Shown here: positions 63,801 through 64,000 of the stretch, one piece after another
How the letters are laid out: the number at the start of each line of letters is the position of its first letter
Numbering within the stretch: position 1 is the stretch's first letter
Assembly: GCA_964016885.1 (NCBI GenBank)
Contig: OZ024741.1
Span: forward strand, 405,294,001-405,358,000
Reading direction: 5' to 3'
From: Eledone cirrhosa
Taxonomy: Eukaryota
DNA length: 64,000 nucleotides
Made by a program: the position numbers and the translations under genes
The notes under the pieces: model-generated
Database searches by the model: none
What the model was told of the DNA's origin: nothing
Seen by the model: only the letters and a program-made list of their open reading frames with translations

Positions 63801-64000
63801 TTTTCTTTTAGTTTCTTCCCTCTCACATCTCACATATGTCACTCTCTTCTCCTAGTTTCTTCCCTCTCACATGTCACGTATGTAACTACCTTCTTCTAGT
63901 TTCTTCCCTCTCACATCTCACATATGTAATTCTCTTCTCCTAGTTTCTTCCCTCTCACACCTCACACATGTAACTCTCTTCTTCTAGTTTCTTCCCTCTC
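36228..64000. repeat. Satellite array, 44-bp pyrimidine-rich monomer, ~630 copies, open at window end
   Basis: Monomer CTCACATCTCAC(C/A)TATGTAACTCTCTTCT(C/T)CTAGTTTCTTCCCT (CCTATG at 36961 and 37005); kb-scale block duplications of variant monomers. Confidence 0.99.

Overview
AT-rich, repeat-dominated eukaryotic DNA; the SINE, RTE and microsatellite content suggests an octopod cephalopod (inference). There is one intact protein-coding gene, a single-exon divergent p38-type MAP kinase (27027-28106, minus strand). The rest is transposon remains (RTE, CR1/L2-group, Tx1/L1, CRE-like, Penelope-like, mariner, MITEs, SINEs), microsatellites and five tandem arrays with 51, 61, 71, 64 and 44 bp units; the last fills ~27.8 kb to the window end. 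Three patterns stand out. (1) Each of the five arrays can be traced to a piece of a mobile element whose unamplified relative is adjacent or elsewhere in the window, and two come from the same conserved LINE ORF2 C-terminal motif (FF..R....WN.LP). (2) Short Penelope-pLTR-like modules sit in (TA)n tracts, carry type I hammerhead ribozyme motifs (one canonical, two with a compensatory U3-A8 core) and form fold-back palindromes with arms up to ~290 bp. (3) Two Tx1/L1-like insertions both have target-site duplications starting with TATCTT. All alignments and folds were done by eye, so boundaries are approximate.
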